From Dehalococcoidia bacterium (lineage in GTDB: Bacteria; Chloroflexota; Dehalococcoidia; Plut-88900): DNA of 64,000 nt. Position 1 is the first letter of the stretch. The number at the start of each line of letters is the position of its first letter. Both the position numbers and the translations under genes were made by a program. Positions 1 to 8,943 of the stretch are shown here, in pieces. Where the stretch lies: NCBI GenBank assembly GCA_965249275.1, contig CBDFLQ010000007.1, positions 960,001 through 1,024,000 on the forward strand. Direction: 5' to 3'. Below the pieces are notes generated by a model. That model did no database searches and was not told the DNA's origin. It was given only the letters and a program-made list of their open reading frames with translations.

Positions 1-1157
1 TGGGCTTCAAATGCCTTGGCGGTTTCCGAGTTTACGCTCACCGTATATTCGAGGCCCGGTTCTAAATCTGAGCCAAAAGGAACTACGCTATCTACCGTAG
101 GGTAGTCATCGGTGCAGGCTACAAAGGGGTCAGCAACTTCATGGTGGGTTATTGCTACCTCAATCCTATCTGACCTTTCTCGCCGGATTTCGTAGCCATT
201 GAACTGGGAGCAGCTGCCACCCTTGGGCAGGCCGGAGACGATCCGCAGTTGGTATTGAGGCGGATCGCTTTCCAATATCTCCACATCCCAACTTTCGATC
301 GGGGATTCGGTGATGAAAGTGTGCCCAAGGCCGGGGTCCGGCAAAGTGAATGTAGTGGTCACTGTACCGTTGACAATTACCCGATAGGTCTTCCTAGATT
401 CGAGTGCCGATCCCGCAAGCTCTACCGTGTCGAGTTCCACGACCTGCTCGTGACAGGGGATAGACCAAGCGGTGAACGGCGGCTGCATCAGGGTGACACT
501 CACAACAATATCGTTGCCGTCCAGTTGCAGACTTTGGCTGCCGGGACGGGCGCAACCTTCTATGGCGGACTGGTAGTAGGCGATACGGAGGAAGTGTTCA
601 GGCTCGTTGGGGATTAGGTTAGCGGAAATCACCGTAACAGGGACTTCCACCCATGTCCGCCAGTCTGGGTTGAGGTCATCGACTAGGTCGGGTGGAGGTT
701 CTACCAACACCAGGAGTATATCTACACTGTCTGGGTTGCCGCGAGTGATCACCTCATAAGCCGTATCGTTGGTAAAGGCAAGACGGCCGTCCGATTCAAT
801 GATCCTGGCGCTTATTGAATACCTGTTGCGGGAGTCGATGTCTTCACGGCTGTATTCAACCTTGAACTTGATGGGCACTTGTCCCGGGTCTGAGATGGTC
901 TGCCGAGCAATGAGCCGAGCAGGGGCGTCGGCATAGGAGACGTCTCGCAGCTCCATTACTACTGAAGCACCCGGGCTGAGGTTTAGCCGCTCCCGATAGG
1001 TGACGGTGCCGTTTATCGATGCGTTAGGGGTCTTGCCTGACGGCACTTCCCACGTTGCGTTGGATGAGTCTGAAGCGCTTTGGCAGGCAGCCATAGACAA
1101 CAGGACAAGACTGACTCCTAAGGCCAGGAACAGTGCAGACTTTAATTTAAATTTCAT
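1..1157 (-). CDS. YbaY-family lipoprotein with C-terminal extension (3' end outside window)
   Basis: Not in the ORF track. Manual translation from ATG at 1157: MKFKLKSALFLALGVSLVLLSMAAC (lipobox), then GTVTYRERLNLSPGASVVMELRDVSYADAPA...GQVPIKF (YbaY-like); frame stays open to position 1. Confidence 0.8.
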   Translation of the reverse strand, partial: MKFKLKSALFLALGVSLVLLSMAACQSASDSSNATWEVPSGKTPNASINGTVTYRERLNLSPGASVVMELRDVSYADAPARLIARQTISDPGQVPIKFKVEYSREDIDSRNRYSISARIIESDGRLAFTNDTAYEVITRGNPDSVDILLVLVEPPPDLVDDLNPDWRTWVEVPVTVISANLIPNEPEHFLRIAYYQSAIEGCARPGSQSLQLDGNDIVVSVTLMQPPFTAWSIPCHEQVVELDTVELAGSALESRKTYRVIVNGTVTTTFTLPDPGLGHTFITESPIESWDVEILESDPPQYQLRIVSGLPKGGSCSQFNGYEIRRERSDRIEVAITHHEVADPFVACTDDYPTVDSVVPFGSDLEPGLEYTVSVNSETAKAFEA

Positions 1158-1277
1158 GTCGTCAACCTCGGTAACCAGGATGAATTAGGATTACATTTGT
1201 ATAGACGCACCACGGTGCATATTTGTTCCCAAATTCATCCAGGAAACCGACGCACATACTCACTCGTGCCGTTGACT

Positions 1278-1796
1278 TCAGTGGGGGTGGGGCTCCGAGA
1301 GGGGAGGGGGGCCGTCCATTCGCAGCATGGGAGAGCCGGTGAAGGTAACTACCACACACGGCATGTTGTCGAGGACCTTGCGAGCGAACCAGAACGGGCC
1401 CCACCACGGCAATCGCAGCCTTCGATTCAACTGGATTGCGGCCAGGGCAAGTGCAAAGCGGCGGCGGGGAAAGCCCGGCCTTTCGGCCCACCGCCCGATG
1501 AAGTTGAAAATGTGAGGAAGCCGGTCGTTGGTATTCCAGAGAACACGCGCTCGGCCCGGGATTTCAAACCAGGGCTCGAACTCCACCGTATTCAATGTGA
1601 CGACCGGATTTGCTGCAATGTTGGCTACCCAATCACGACGCCCAGGGTACCCCGACAAGACCACCTGGTCCGCGCCATTCCAATAGTAGGTGGTCTCTAC
1701 AGTACGCCCGCCGCCTGACCTGCGTCGGGTCATGGTAGTGCGGATACGGAAACTGTTTCTTAGGATGTCGGGAAGGGGGTGTGGGAGGTTGGTCAT
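1278..1796 (-). CDS. Nitroreductase/deazaflavin-dependent (DDN-like split-barrel) family protein
   Basis: TMTRRRSGGGRTVET...SGYPGRRDWVANIAANPVVTL resembles the DDN GRxSG...DWxxNLxANPxV pattern. Confidence 0.55.
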   Translation of the reverse strand: MTNLPHPLPDILRNSFRIRTTMTRRRSGGGRTVETTYYWNGADQVVLSGYPGRRDWVANIAANPVVTLNTVEFEPWFEIPGRARVLWNTNDRLPHIFNFIGRWAERPGFPRRRFALALAAIQLNRRLRLPWWGPFWFARKVLDNMPCVVVTFTGSPMLRMDGPPPLSEPHPH

Positions 1797-1933
1797 GGGC
1801 AGGTGTGTGGATGGTAACAACACGAGGAGCAGCTAGCTCTTTGATGGCAATCTAAGGAGATCGGGAGTGCTAGCATTGTTTGGCCACGCGGCGGCACTGT
1901 GTTCTACGAGCCGTGAAACAGGCTCGGGCAGTC

Positions 1934-2173
1934 CTAGTGGGAAGTTCCTAAAATAGCTGCCAAATCACGGCCTGACGTTGCCGGGGGCAACGGTTTGCGG
2001 TCAACTCGATACAAGGCGACTGCTTCTTCCACAATCCGGCAAAGTTCTTCAAATACTAACCGCTCGTCGTCGCCATGACATCCGCCATAGACCAACCCGG
2101 GAGCGCTTCCTACGTAGCACTGGTCAGCTTCGGACCACTCGACCACCTTAACGTACCGGGCGCTGTCATTCAT
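1934..2173 (-). CDS. hicB: HicB-like antitoxin (short, no DNA-binding domain)
   Basis: VVEWSEADQCYVGSAPGL...CHGDD...EEAVALY; overlaps hicA stop (ATGA). Confidence 0.75.
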   Translation of the reverse strand: MNDSARYVKVVEWSEADQCYVGSAPGLVYGGCHGDDERLVFEELCRIVEEAVALYRVDRKPLPPATSGRDLAAILGTSH

Positions 2174-2367
2174 GTCATTGAATCCTCAATGGCGGTTCTT
2201 ACTGCACGTCTTTGGTAGTTCTTTGCATCATCCCCTAGGTTACCGGAAATTGTAACAGGTCGAGGAACGTTAGGATGTACAAAGTTACGATGGTTGCCCC
2301 GTCCACCTCGATTAAAGAAGCCCGCCCGTTCCAAGTCGAGTACCAATGCGCGGATCTTTGGTGGCAA
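2170..2367 (-). CDS. hicA: HicA family toxin
   Basis: LERAGF...GRGNHRNFVHP...VTISG with the conserved His; 65 aa. Confidence 0.8.
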   Translation of the reverse strand: MPPKIRALVLDLERAGFFNRGGRGNHRNFVHPNVPRPVTISGNLGDDAKNYQRRAVRTAIEDSMT

Positions 2368-2517
2368 GGTTAATCGACGTCTGCCGACAGGCTTATGGTC
2401 TTTAAGCCAGCCTTAACAAAGAAGACAACTTTGACTCGCTGGTTTGTAGATAGGGATATAGTGGTCAAGTCTAGAAAGGCCGATGCGGACCCATAGGATC
2501 AAGGATTTCCAGGAAAT

Positions 2518-2591
2518 TGGCTGGGGAACCAGGATTCGAACCTGGGCTTACGGATCCAGAGTCCGCCGTCCTACCGCTAGACGATTCCCCA
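2518..2591 (-). tRNA. tRNA-Gln(CTG)
   Basis: Reverse complement TGGGGAATCGTCTAGCGGTAGGACGGCGGACTCTGGATCCGTAAGCCCAGGTTCGAATCCTGGTTCCCCAGCCA; cloverleaf with encoded CCA. Confidence 0.95.
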
Positions 2592-2661
2592 TCGGGCATC
2601 CCATTTTAGCAGACTGGACCGGGCTAGTCGAAGAGTGAAATCAGCCTTCTACCCCGGCCGC

Positions 2662-4128
2662 CTACTCCAGCGCCTCCAGTGCTGCCCTAAGCCGTCCTAT
2701 GCACCGTTTTCTCCCCAGAACCGACATGGTCTGGAACAACGGTGGTGCCGCCGTACGGCCCGTCACCCCAACTCGAAGAGCACCGAATAGCTGGCCTGTC
2801 TTGATGCCCAAAGTCGGGGCCAAGGGTCTCAATGCCCCTTCCAAGGTCTCCACATCCCAGTCTCGCAACTCCGTCAGCACAGCAAGAGCCGATTTCAGTG
2901 CGGTAACAGCCCCCTCGTGGTCCATCTTCTTAGGTACCAGGGCCTCAGGGTCGTGAGACAGATCTTCCACAAAGAAGAATTCTGACAGTTCAGGTAACTC
3001 TTCCAAAGTCTTGGTACGCTCCTGGAGCAGCTCAAGAACTTGTCCTAAGTAGTCTTGATCCAAGGGACGGGGGATGTCTTGCGGCAGACCGGACTCCAAG
3101 GACTGCAGGGCCACTTCCATAAATCGATCAGCGGACAATTCCCGCAGGTAGACGCCGTTCATCCAAGCCAGTTTTGTGATATCGAATATGGCGCCGCTTT
3201 TCCCCACCCTCTCCAAAGTGAAGTGTTTGACGAGCATCTCACGGGTGAAAAGCTCGGTGTGGTCGTCGAGGGCCCAGCCCATCAGGGCGAGGTAGTTGAC
3301 CATAACATCGGGCAGGAAACCCAGGTCTCTATAGTCGAGAAGTGCAGCGGCGCCGTGGCGTTTGCTCAGCTTGGACCGGTCGGGGCCGAGGATGATGGGC
3401 AGATGTCCGTATTCGGGAGGAGTCATGCCGAGGGCCTCGTAGAGGAGCAGGTGCCTGGGTGTACTCGAAAGCCACTCCTCCGCCCTCAGCACATGGGATA
3501 TTTCCATCAGGTGGTCATCGACCACGTTGGCCATGTGGTAGGTCGGGAACCGGTCTGTCTTGATGAGCACGAAATCTCCGAGTTGGTCCGACTCGAAGGA
3601 GACTTCGTCACGTACGCGGTCGTTGAAGGATATGGTCTGGGCCTCGGGGACGCGGAACCTGACGACAGGAACGTCGGCATCTCCCCCGGCCTTGGCCTGC
3701 TGCTCAGATACGTCCCGGCACCTACCATCGTAGCGCGGGTTCTGTTTATGCTTGGACTGCTCGTCCCGTACGGCTTTCAGGCGCTCCGCCGAGCAATAGC
3801 AATGGAAGGCTGCACCACTGTCAAGCAGCTGTCGTGCGTAGCGGTCGTAGATGTCTAGTCGCTCAGACTGGAGGTAAGGCCCGAAGTCACCTCCGACCTC
3901 GGGGCCCTCGTCCCAGTCCAGGTCAAGCCATCTGAGACTTTCCAGTATGGCCTCAATGGCGCCTGTTTGGGTACGGGCCTGGTCGGTGTCTTCGATCCGA
4001 ACGATCATCCGACCGCCGTTGTGCCGGGCAAACAGCCAGTTAAACAGTGCAGTACGGATATTCCCGACGTGAGGTATCCCCGTTGGGCTGGGGGCGTATC
4101 TAACTCTAACTTTTTTGTCTTGTATCAT
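2662..4128 (-). CDS. gltX: Glutamate--tRNA ligase
   Basis: RYAPSPTG, HVGN (HIGH) and KLSKR (KMSKS) motifs. Confidence 0.97.
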   Translation of the reverse strand: MIQDKKVRVRYAPSPTGIPHVGNIRTALFNWLFARHNGGRMIVRIEDTDQARTQTGAIEAILESLRWLDLDWDEGPEVGGDFGPYLQSERLDIYDRYARQLLDSGAAFHCYCSAERLKAVRDEQSKHKQNPRYDGRCRDVSEQQAKAGGDADVPVVRFRVPEAQTISFNDRVRDEVSFESDQLGDFVLIKTDRFPTYHMANVVDDHLMEISHVLRAEEWLSSTPRHLLLYEALGMTPPEYGHLPIILGPDRSKLSKRHGAAALLDYRDLGFLPDVMVNYLALMGWALDDHTELFTREMLVKHFTLERVGKSGAIFDITKLAWMNGVYLRELSADRFMEVALQSLESGLPQDIPRPLDQDYLGQVLELLQERTKTLEELPELSEFFFVEDLSHDPEALVPKKMDHEGAVTALKSALAVLTELRDWDVETLEGALRPLAPTLGIKTGQLFGALRVGVTGRTAAPPLFQTMSVLGRKRCIGRLRAALEALE

Positions 4129-4140
4129 CAGGCGTCAATT

Positions 4141-5070
4141 CTAGCATCCCGTGTCGCTTAGCGAATTCAGAAAGCCTGAAAGCTCTCCCGGCAACTGCGA
4201 ATTCACTTCGATTTCATCCATAGATACGGGATGCCGAAACCTGAGGTAGGCCGCGTGGAGAAAGTGTCTGGCAAGGCGCTTGTTTCTCTTCCCGTACACG
4301 CTGTCTCCGACCACCGGATACCCTATTGCCGCCATATGCACCCTGACCTGGTGTGTCCGTCCCGTCTTCGGGGTGACCCTTAGAAGCGTATCTCCCCCGA
4401 ATATCCCGACGGTCTCGTACCTAGTCGTTGACTGCCGGCCATCCTGTACGACTGCCATCTCCTTCCGACGTTTGAGATGCCTACCGAGGGGGGCCTCGAT
4501 CACACCTTCCGGGGGCACGACCAAGCCCTCGACCAATGCCATGTACATCTTGGAGACCGTTCTCTGCTTGAACTGTGCCGAAAGGTCTTGATGAGCATCT
4601 GCGGTCTTGGCGACTATAAGCAGACCAGAGGTATCCTTGTCGAGGCGGTGCACAATCCCGGGTCTGGCCGGGTCACCCACCTCGGCCAAGTCAGGCAGAT
4701 AGGCAAGCAGGGCGTTGGACAGGGTCCCACCCCCATGACCGGGGCCCGGATGGGTCGGCACTCCGGCGGGCTTATCTACCACCAACACTTCGGTATCTTC
4801 GTATAGGATGGCTAAGTCGAATGGTCGGGGGTCTGGAATCTCGGGTTGTTCGGCCTGCGGATCCATCACCACCATGTCCGACGCCTTCATCCTGTACCCT
4901 GCGCGGACTGACCGACCGTTCACTCGCACTCTTCCTTCGGCGATCATTTTTTGGATGAAAGAGCGGGATAGATCGGGGCATAAGTCGGCAAGGTGCTTGT
5001 CGAGTCTAGCGTCCGGCTTTGCAGGAAGGGTGCGGTCCTCCGGCCTCGGGTCAGGGAGGGGCGCCATCAC
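4141..5070 (-). CDS. rluD: RluA/RluD family pseudouridine synthase
   Basis: N-terminal S4 domain; GIVHRLDKDTSG and TGRTHQVRVH motifs. Confidence 0.9.
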   Translation of the reverse strand: MMAPLPDPRPEDRTLPAKPDARLDKHLADLCPDLSRSFIQKMIAEGRVRVNGRSVRAGYRMKASDMVVMDPQAEQPEIPDPRPFDLAILYEDTEVLVVDKPAGVPTHPGPGHGGGTLSNALLAYLPDLAEVGDPARPGIVHRLDKDTSGLLIVAKTADAHQDLSAQFKQRTVSKMYMALVEGLVVPPEGVIEAPLGRHLKRRKEMAVVQDGRQSTTRYETVGIFGGDTLLRVTPKTGRTHQVRVHMAAIGYPVVGDSVYGKRNKRLARHFLHAAYLRFRHPVSMDEIEVNSQLPGELSGFLNSLSDTGC

Positions 5071-5557
5071 TCGCCTTATCCTTGGAGTCCTTGCCGAAGA
5101 GCAGGGCTACGGCGAGGACCACAAACCCGACAGTGATTGAAGAGTCGGCGACATTGAACACGGGCCAAAACCGGAAGTCCACGAAGTCGACCACGTACCC
5201 GTAGGCTATTCTATCTATCAAATTCCCGATGGCCCCACCCAACTGCATGGTCAAACTTATTGCCAACAGGTTGCTTGTTCCCCCGCTCCTGAAGAAGACG
5301 AAGGCTATGACCACAACCCCGACGACCGCCGCTATTGTGAGGGCAAAGGTCTGATTAGGGAAAAGTCCGAAGGCGCTACCCGTGTTCTGGACGTAGGTGA
5401 GACGGACGGGGGTGTCCGCCGGAATGGACTCCCCAACGCTCATCAGATTTTTCACAAGGGCCTTGGTGGCCTGGTCCATCCCGAGAATCGACAGCCACAA
5501 TGCAAGGAGATACAGGTTGCGCCGCTCTCTGAATATCCCTGCAAGACGTGCCTTCAT
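5051..5557 (-). CDS. lspA: Lipoprotein signal peptidase II
   Basis: DQATK, NTGSAFG, GAIGNLIDR, VVDF, FNVADS motifs. Confidence 0.96.
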   Translation of the reverse strand: MKARLAGIFRERRNLYLLALWLSILGMDQATKALVKNLMSVGESIPADTPVRLTYVQNTGSAFGLFPNQTFALTIAAVVGVVVIAFVFFRSGGTSNLLAISLTMQLGGAIGNLIDRIAYGYVVDFVDFRFWPVFNVADSSITVGFVVLAVALLFGKDSKDKASDGAPP

Positions 5558-5575
5558 AGGTAATTCCCGGACTTC
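5436..5575. repeat. 140-bp direct repeat copy 1 (lspA 5' end plus upstream)
   Basis: Matches 7985-8124 with 6 mismatches and no gaps. Confidence 0.95.
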
Positions 5576-6020
5576 ACGATTTTACCACGGCGGCCCCGAG
5601 GCCAATAGATGAACACCGGCGTCTAGAAGCTAACCATCTTTCCAGCCTCATATGGTCAAGACAGTTTCGCAAAGTCCGTTCTTAGAGTTTTTGCCGGGCG
5701 CGCGGGCAGTCCCAGCAGTGGGCAGCCTGAAGCTCAAGGAGACTAGCTTGAAAAAACTCGATACTCTTGATATGCTCAAGCCTCGCGTGGGAGGTGATCC
5801 TTCACGCAAAGGGTGCAAAGGGCTTTGCAGTTACATTGTGGGCATTAGCTACCCAAGTGTAGGTGGAGCCTTAGAGCTACAGGGACAGTAGGCCGGTCGT
5901 TTCATCAGGTGAAAAGGCCGCCGAACTATGCCCACTTTTCGGCAGACCATTTGGATGTGCTACCAGCATGTTTTCTGCCGTCAAGACCCCATTAAGTGAA
6001 GAAAGGAAGAGAAGAACAAA

Positions 6021-6761
6021 GTGCCTTTGAAAGGTGTCATCCTAGCCGCTGGGGACGGAGGACGTTTACTGCCTATAACGTTGAAAACACCGAAGGTGTT
6101 ATTGGAGGTAGCGGGCCGTCCCATTATCCAATATCCCCTAGAAGCACTACATGCTTCCGGCGTCGACAATATCGCAGTTGTGGTGGGATATAAATCTGAA
6201 GCGATAATAGATCATCTAGAACGTGGTAGTAGCGAAGTCCCTACACCAACTTTTGTCATGAACCCCCATTATCAGGGTGAAAACGCCCTATCGCTATGGG
6301 CAGCACGAGAGTTTGTGGGGGACGACCCCTTCATTCTCTGCATGGGTGACCATATCATCCACCCTGGGGTCATCTCTCGACTATTGAATGTCCCATTAGG
6401 CACTTGTGTTCTGGGAGTCGATTCAGCAGCTCAGCACTCTTTCCAGATAAACGACGCTACTTTCGTATTCACGAATCCGTCGGGTAACGTTGTAGAAATC
6501 GGCAAGGACCTGAAGACCTGGAACGCCATAGACATGGGTGTTTTCATGCTCAACGACCAAGTCTTCGATTCGATCGATTATCTGCGGCATATCCATGGAC
6601 TGGGTGTGCAGTTAAGCCACGTAGTAAGATTGGCGACCGACACAAGCAACCCCTTCGCTACGTGCGACATGTCCGGTCTGTTCTGGGGCGACGTCGACAC
6701 CCGGGACGATTACGAACTGATCAACCGTGTTATTAGCCGCGGCGGTGGGCTGGACCTATAA
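6021..6761 (+). CDS. NTP-transferase, LicC/phosphocholine or inositol-phosphate cytidylyltransferase-like
   Basis: GVILAAGDGGRLLPIT..PKVLL, VVVGYK, MGDH, WGDVDT motifs; next to a LicD gene. Confidence 0.8.
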   Translation: MPLKGVILAAGDGGRLLPITLKTPKVLLEVAGRPIIQYPLEALHASGVDNIAVVVGYKSEAIIDHLERGSSEVPTPTFVMNPHYQGENALSLWAAREFVGDDPFILCMGDHIIHPGVISRLLNVPLGTCVLGVDSAAQHSFQINDATFVFTNPSGNVVEIGKDLKTWNAIDMGVFMLNDQVFDSIDYLRHIHGLGVQLSHVVRLATDTSNPFATCDMSGLFWGDVDTRDDYELINRVISRGGGLDL

Positions 6762-6891
6762 CGCTGCCCGCTTTCCCGTACCTGCATCATCACCTCTCCG
6801 GGTCCACTGCGATGCCTATTCAGCACGTCCGGAGACTGTATTCCGACCGCCGATGACCGCGCCCGGGTTGTATGCAAGAAAGGATAGAACA

Positions 6892-7821
6892 TTGACAACG
6901 CTCGCCGAGCTGGGAGAGGCCGCTTACGATAAGACGATCAAGTCCCCGGAACCGATGGATCCCGCTGTGGCCGCAGAACGCCTGAGGGACGTCAAACGAA
7001 TCTTCGATCAGATGGGAATAGTGTTCTTCCTAGGATCTGGAACATGCCTAGGCGCTATCCGGGAGAACGGGTTCATCCCATGGGACGATGAAATGGATAC
7101 GGCCTCCGTCATCGGGCTTCACGGCCTGACCGAGGAGACCATCGACCAGGGCATCGCAGCCTTCACTGATAACGGGTACTACGTGCACGTCGGACGCAGC
7201 CCGCTTTATGTCGGATTATCCATGGTGAAGTCGGGAATCCGGGTGGACTGGACCTGCCACCGGATCATTGGCGACAACATCTGCCAGTACCCCGCCGTCA
7301 ACACCCCCTTGAAGCTATTTACTAATTTGAAAGAGATCTGTTTCATCGGGGAGAAATTCCTAGTTCCTAATCCGCCCGAAGAATACCTTCGCATAAAGTA
7401 TGGTCGGGACTGGAAAGTCCCAAAGGGGCCCGGGTTTGAGAAGGACGTTGTGGAGAAGATCCCGGACGGCGACCTGCTCAGCCGCCTCCGTAGGATCGAT
7501 CAGTTCCTGGCCAAGCACGTCCTCCCCTGGCGTTCAGGCAGAATAAGAGTATTCAACCGCGAGGGCAAACCGGTCCATGGCGCGGAGGTCGTAGTTGCGG
7601 GAGTGGGCCGCTCCAAGACCAACAAGGAAGGATATGCGAAGCTCTACGTGCCCAATGAGTACTACTATGCAGTGACCGTCAAATATGACGATCACGAAGA
7701 GATACTCTACGAAGAGGTGCTGGTTCCGCGTGTACCGTACGTCTACAAACCGGGCCCCGACCCCAGCACGATTAAGCACTATAAGGCCGGGGTGCGGGCT
7801 ATGGCCCTGACTCGGGAGTAA
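6892..7821 (+). CDS. LicD family nucleotidyltransferase with C-terminal beta-sandwich domain
   Basis: GTCLGAIRENGFIPWDDEMD and PNPPEEYLRIKYGRDWKVP; TTG start after AAGGA chosen over the track start. Confidence 0.8.
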   Translation: MTTLAELGEAAYDKTIKSPEPMDPAVAAERLRDVKRIFDQMGIVFFLGSGTCLGAIRENGFIPWDDEMDTASVIGLHGLTEETIDQGIAAFTDNGYYVHVGRSPLYVGLSMVKSGIRVDWTCHRIIGDNICQYPAVNTPLKLFTNLKEICFIGEKFLVPNPPEEYLRIKYGRDWKVPKGPGFEKDVVEKIPDGDLLSRLRRIDQFLAKHVLPWRSGRIRVFNREGKPVHGAEVVVAGVGRSKTNKEGYAKLYVPNEYYYAVTVKYDDHEEILYEEVLVPRVPYVYKPGPDPSTIKHYKAGVRAMALTRE

Positions 7822-7984
7822 GCCCGCCAAATCGGGGAGCCCACCATTAGAGCTTGGGTCTTACATCGGCCTACACCGTATTCACTCTCGTTCTATCATA
7901 TCCCGCGGAAATTAAAACGCAGAATCGCAATGCCCAGCCCAGCCAGTCTGTCCGTTATAGCCAGGACCACTCCGCTCTTCATGC

Positions 7985-8124
7985 ACGCTCATGAGGTTTT
8001 TCACTAGGGCCTTCGTGACCTGGTCCATCCCGAGAATCGACAGCCACAATGCAAGGAGATACAGGTTGCGTCGCTCTCTGAATATCCCTGCAAGACGTGC
8101 CTTCATAGGTAATTCCCGGACTTC
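7985..8124 (-). pseudogene. Truncated lspA 5' fragment (direct repeat copy 2)
   Basis: Encodes MKARLAGIFRERRNLYLLALWLSILGMDQVTKALVKNLMSV, then diverges. Confidence 0.9.
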
Positions 8125-8156
8125 CAAATCTTAACACGGAGGATTGTAAGCGCTTG

Positions 8157-8819
8157 CTATTTCTTCCCGTCTCCACCCAGGGAAGTAAGGTCAAATGCCT
8201 TCAAGAAAAACTCTCCGGAGGCATTGGCCATTTCGTCCGTTTTGCGCGTCCAGAAGTGGTCCTCGCCATCGATGATGAAGTGCTCTTCTTCCAGGGTGCC
8301 GGCCCTTAGCCTCTCTGCGGGCAAGAAAGCGTCTGAGTCACCGCAGACCACGAATTTCGGGCCGGGGGTGATGTTCCAGCGCCTACCGGTAATGCTGGAA
8401 ACTATGGGAGACACCGCCAAAACGGGCCTTCGGGCGCTGCTTTCGACGGCCAGCCGCATGACTATCTCCGCCCCGAAAGAATAGCCGGCCAAGCCGATCT
8501 TGACAGGGTCTATGCCTTCTTCCTTGCCGAGAAACGATACGGCAGCCTTCAGGTCGTCAAGCTCGCCACGGCCGTCATCGTACTTGCCCTCGCTGCGGCC
8601 CACGCCCCGAAAGTTGAATCTAAGGCTCGGAATGCCCAGCGTAGCCAGTTTATTCGCTATCGCCAAGACTACTCCGCTTTCCATGTCGCCTCCGTGCAGC
8701 GGGTGGGGATGGGCTATGGCTACGGCAGCGCGATGCTCTGCCTTACCTTCCGGTGAACTCGTAATCACTCCTTCGATCTTCAATGAGCCAGAGGCAAACG
8801 TAACGCTTCTGCTTTTCAA
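8157..8819 (-). CDS. Alpha/beta hydrolase
   Basis: HPHPLHGGDM, RFNFRGVGRSEG, GYSFGA, DHF motifs. Confidence 0.9.
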   Translation of the reverse strand: MKSRSVTFASGSLKIEGVITSSPEGKAEHRAAVAIAHPHPLHGGDMESGVVLAIANKLATLGIPSLRFNFRGVGRSEGKYDDGRGELDDLKAAVSFLGKEEGIDPVKIGLAGYSFGAEIVMRLAVESSARRPVLAVSPIVSSITGRRWNITPGPKFVVCGDSDAFLPAERLRAGTLEEEHFIIDGEDHFWTRKTDEMANASGEFFLKAFDLTSLGGDGKK

Positions 8820-8943
8820 CTTGTATTCTCCGTTCTATCCGATATATTCGATTTAAGGTCAGGGGGTGACATGTTATGGCCTGCACTGGTAAGCCTCAAC
8901 ACCCGATGCTAGAATGGGCCATCTCCTGCGGAGGCCCATCCCT

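Noticed and set aside
5652-5891. 79-aa ORF or riboswitch upstream of the licC-like gene
   Set aside because: No recognisable protein motif or riboswitch consensus; SD-like GGAGGTGA has no start codon after it
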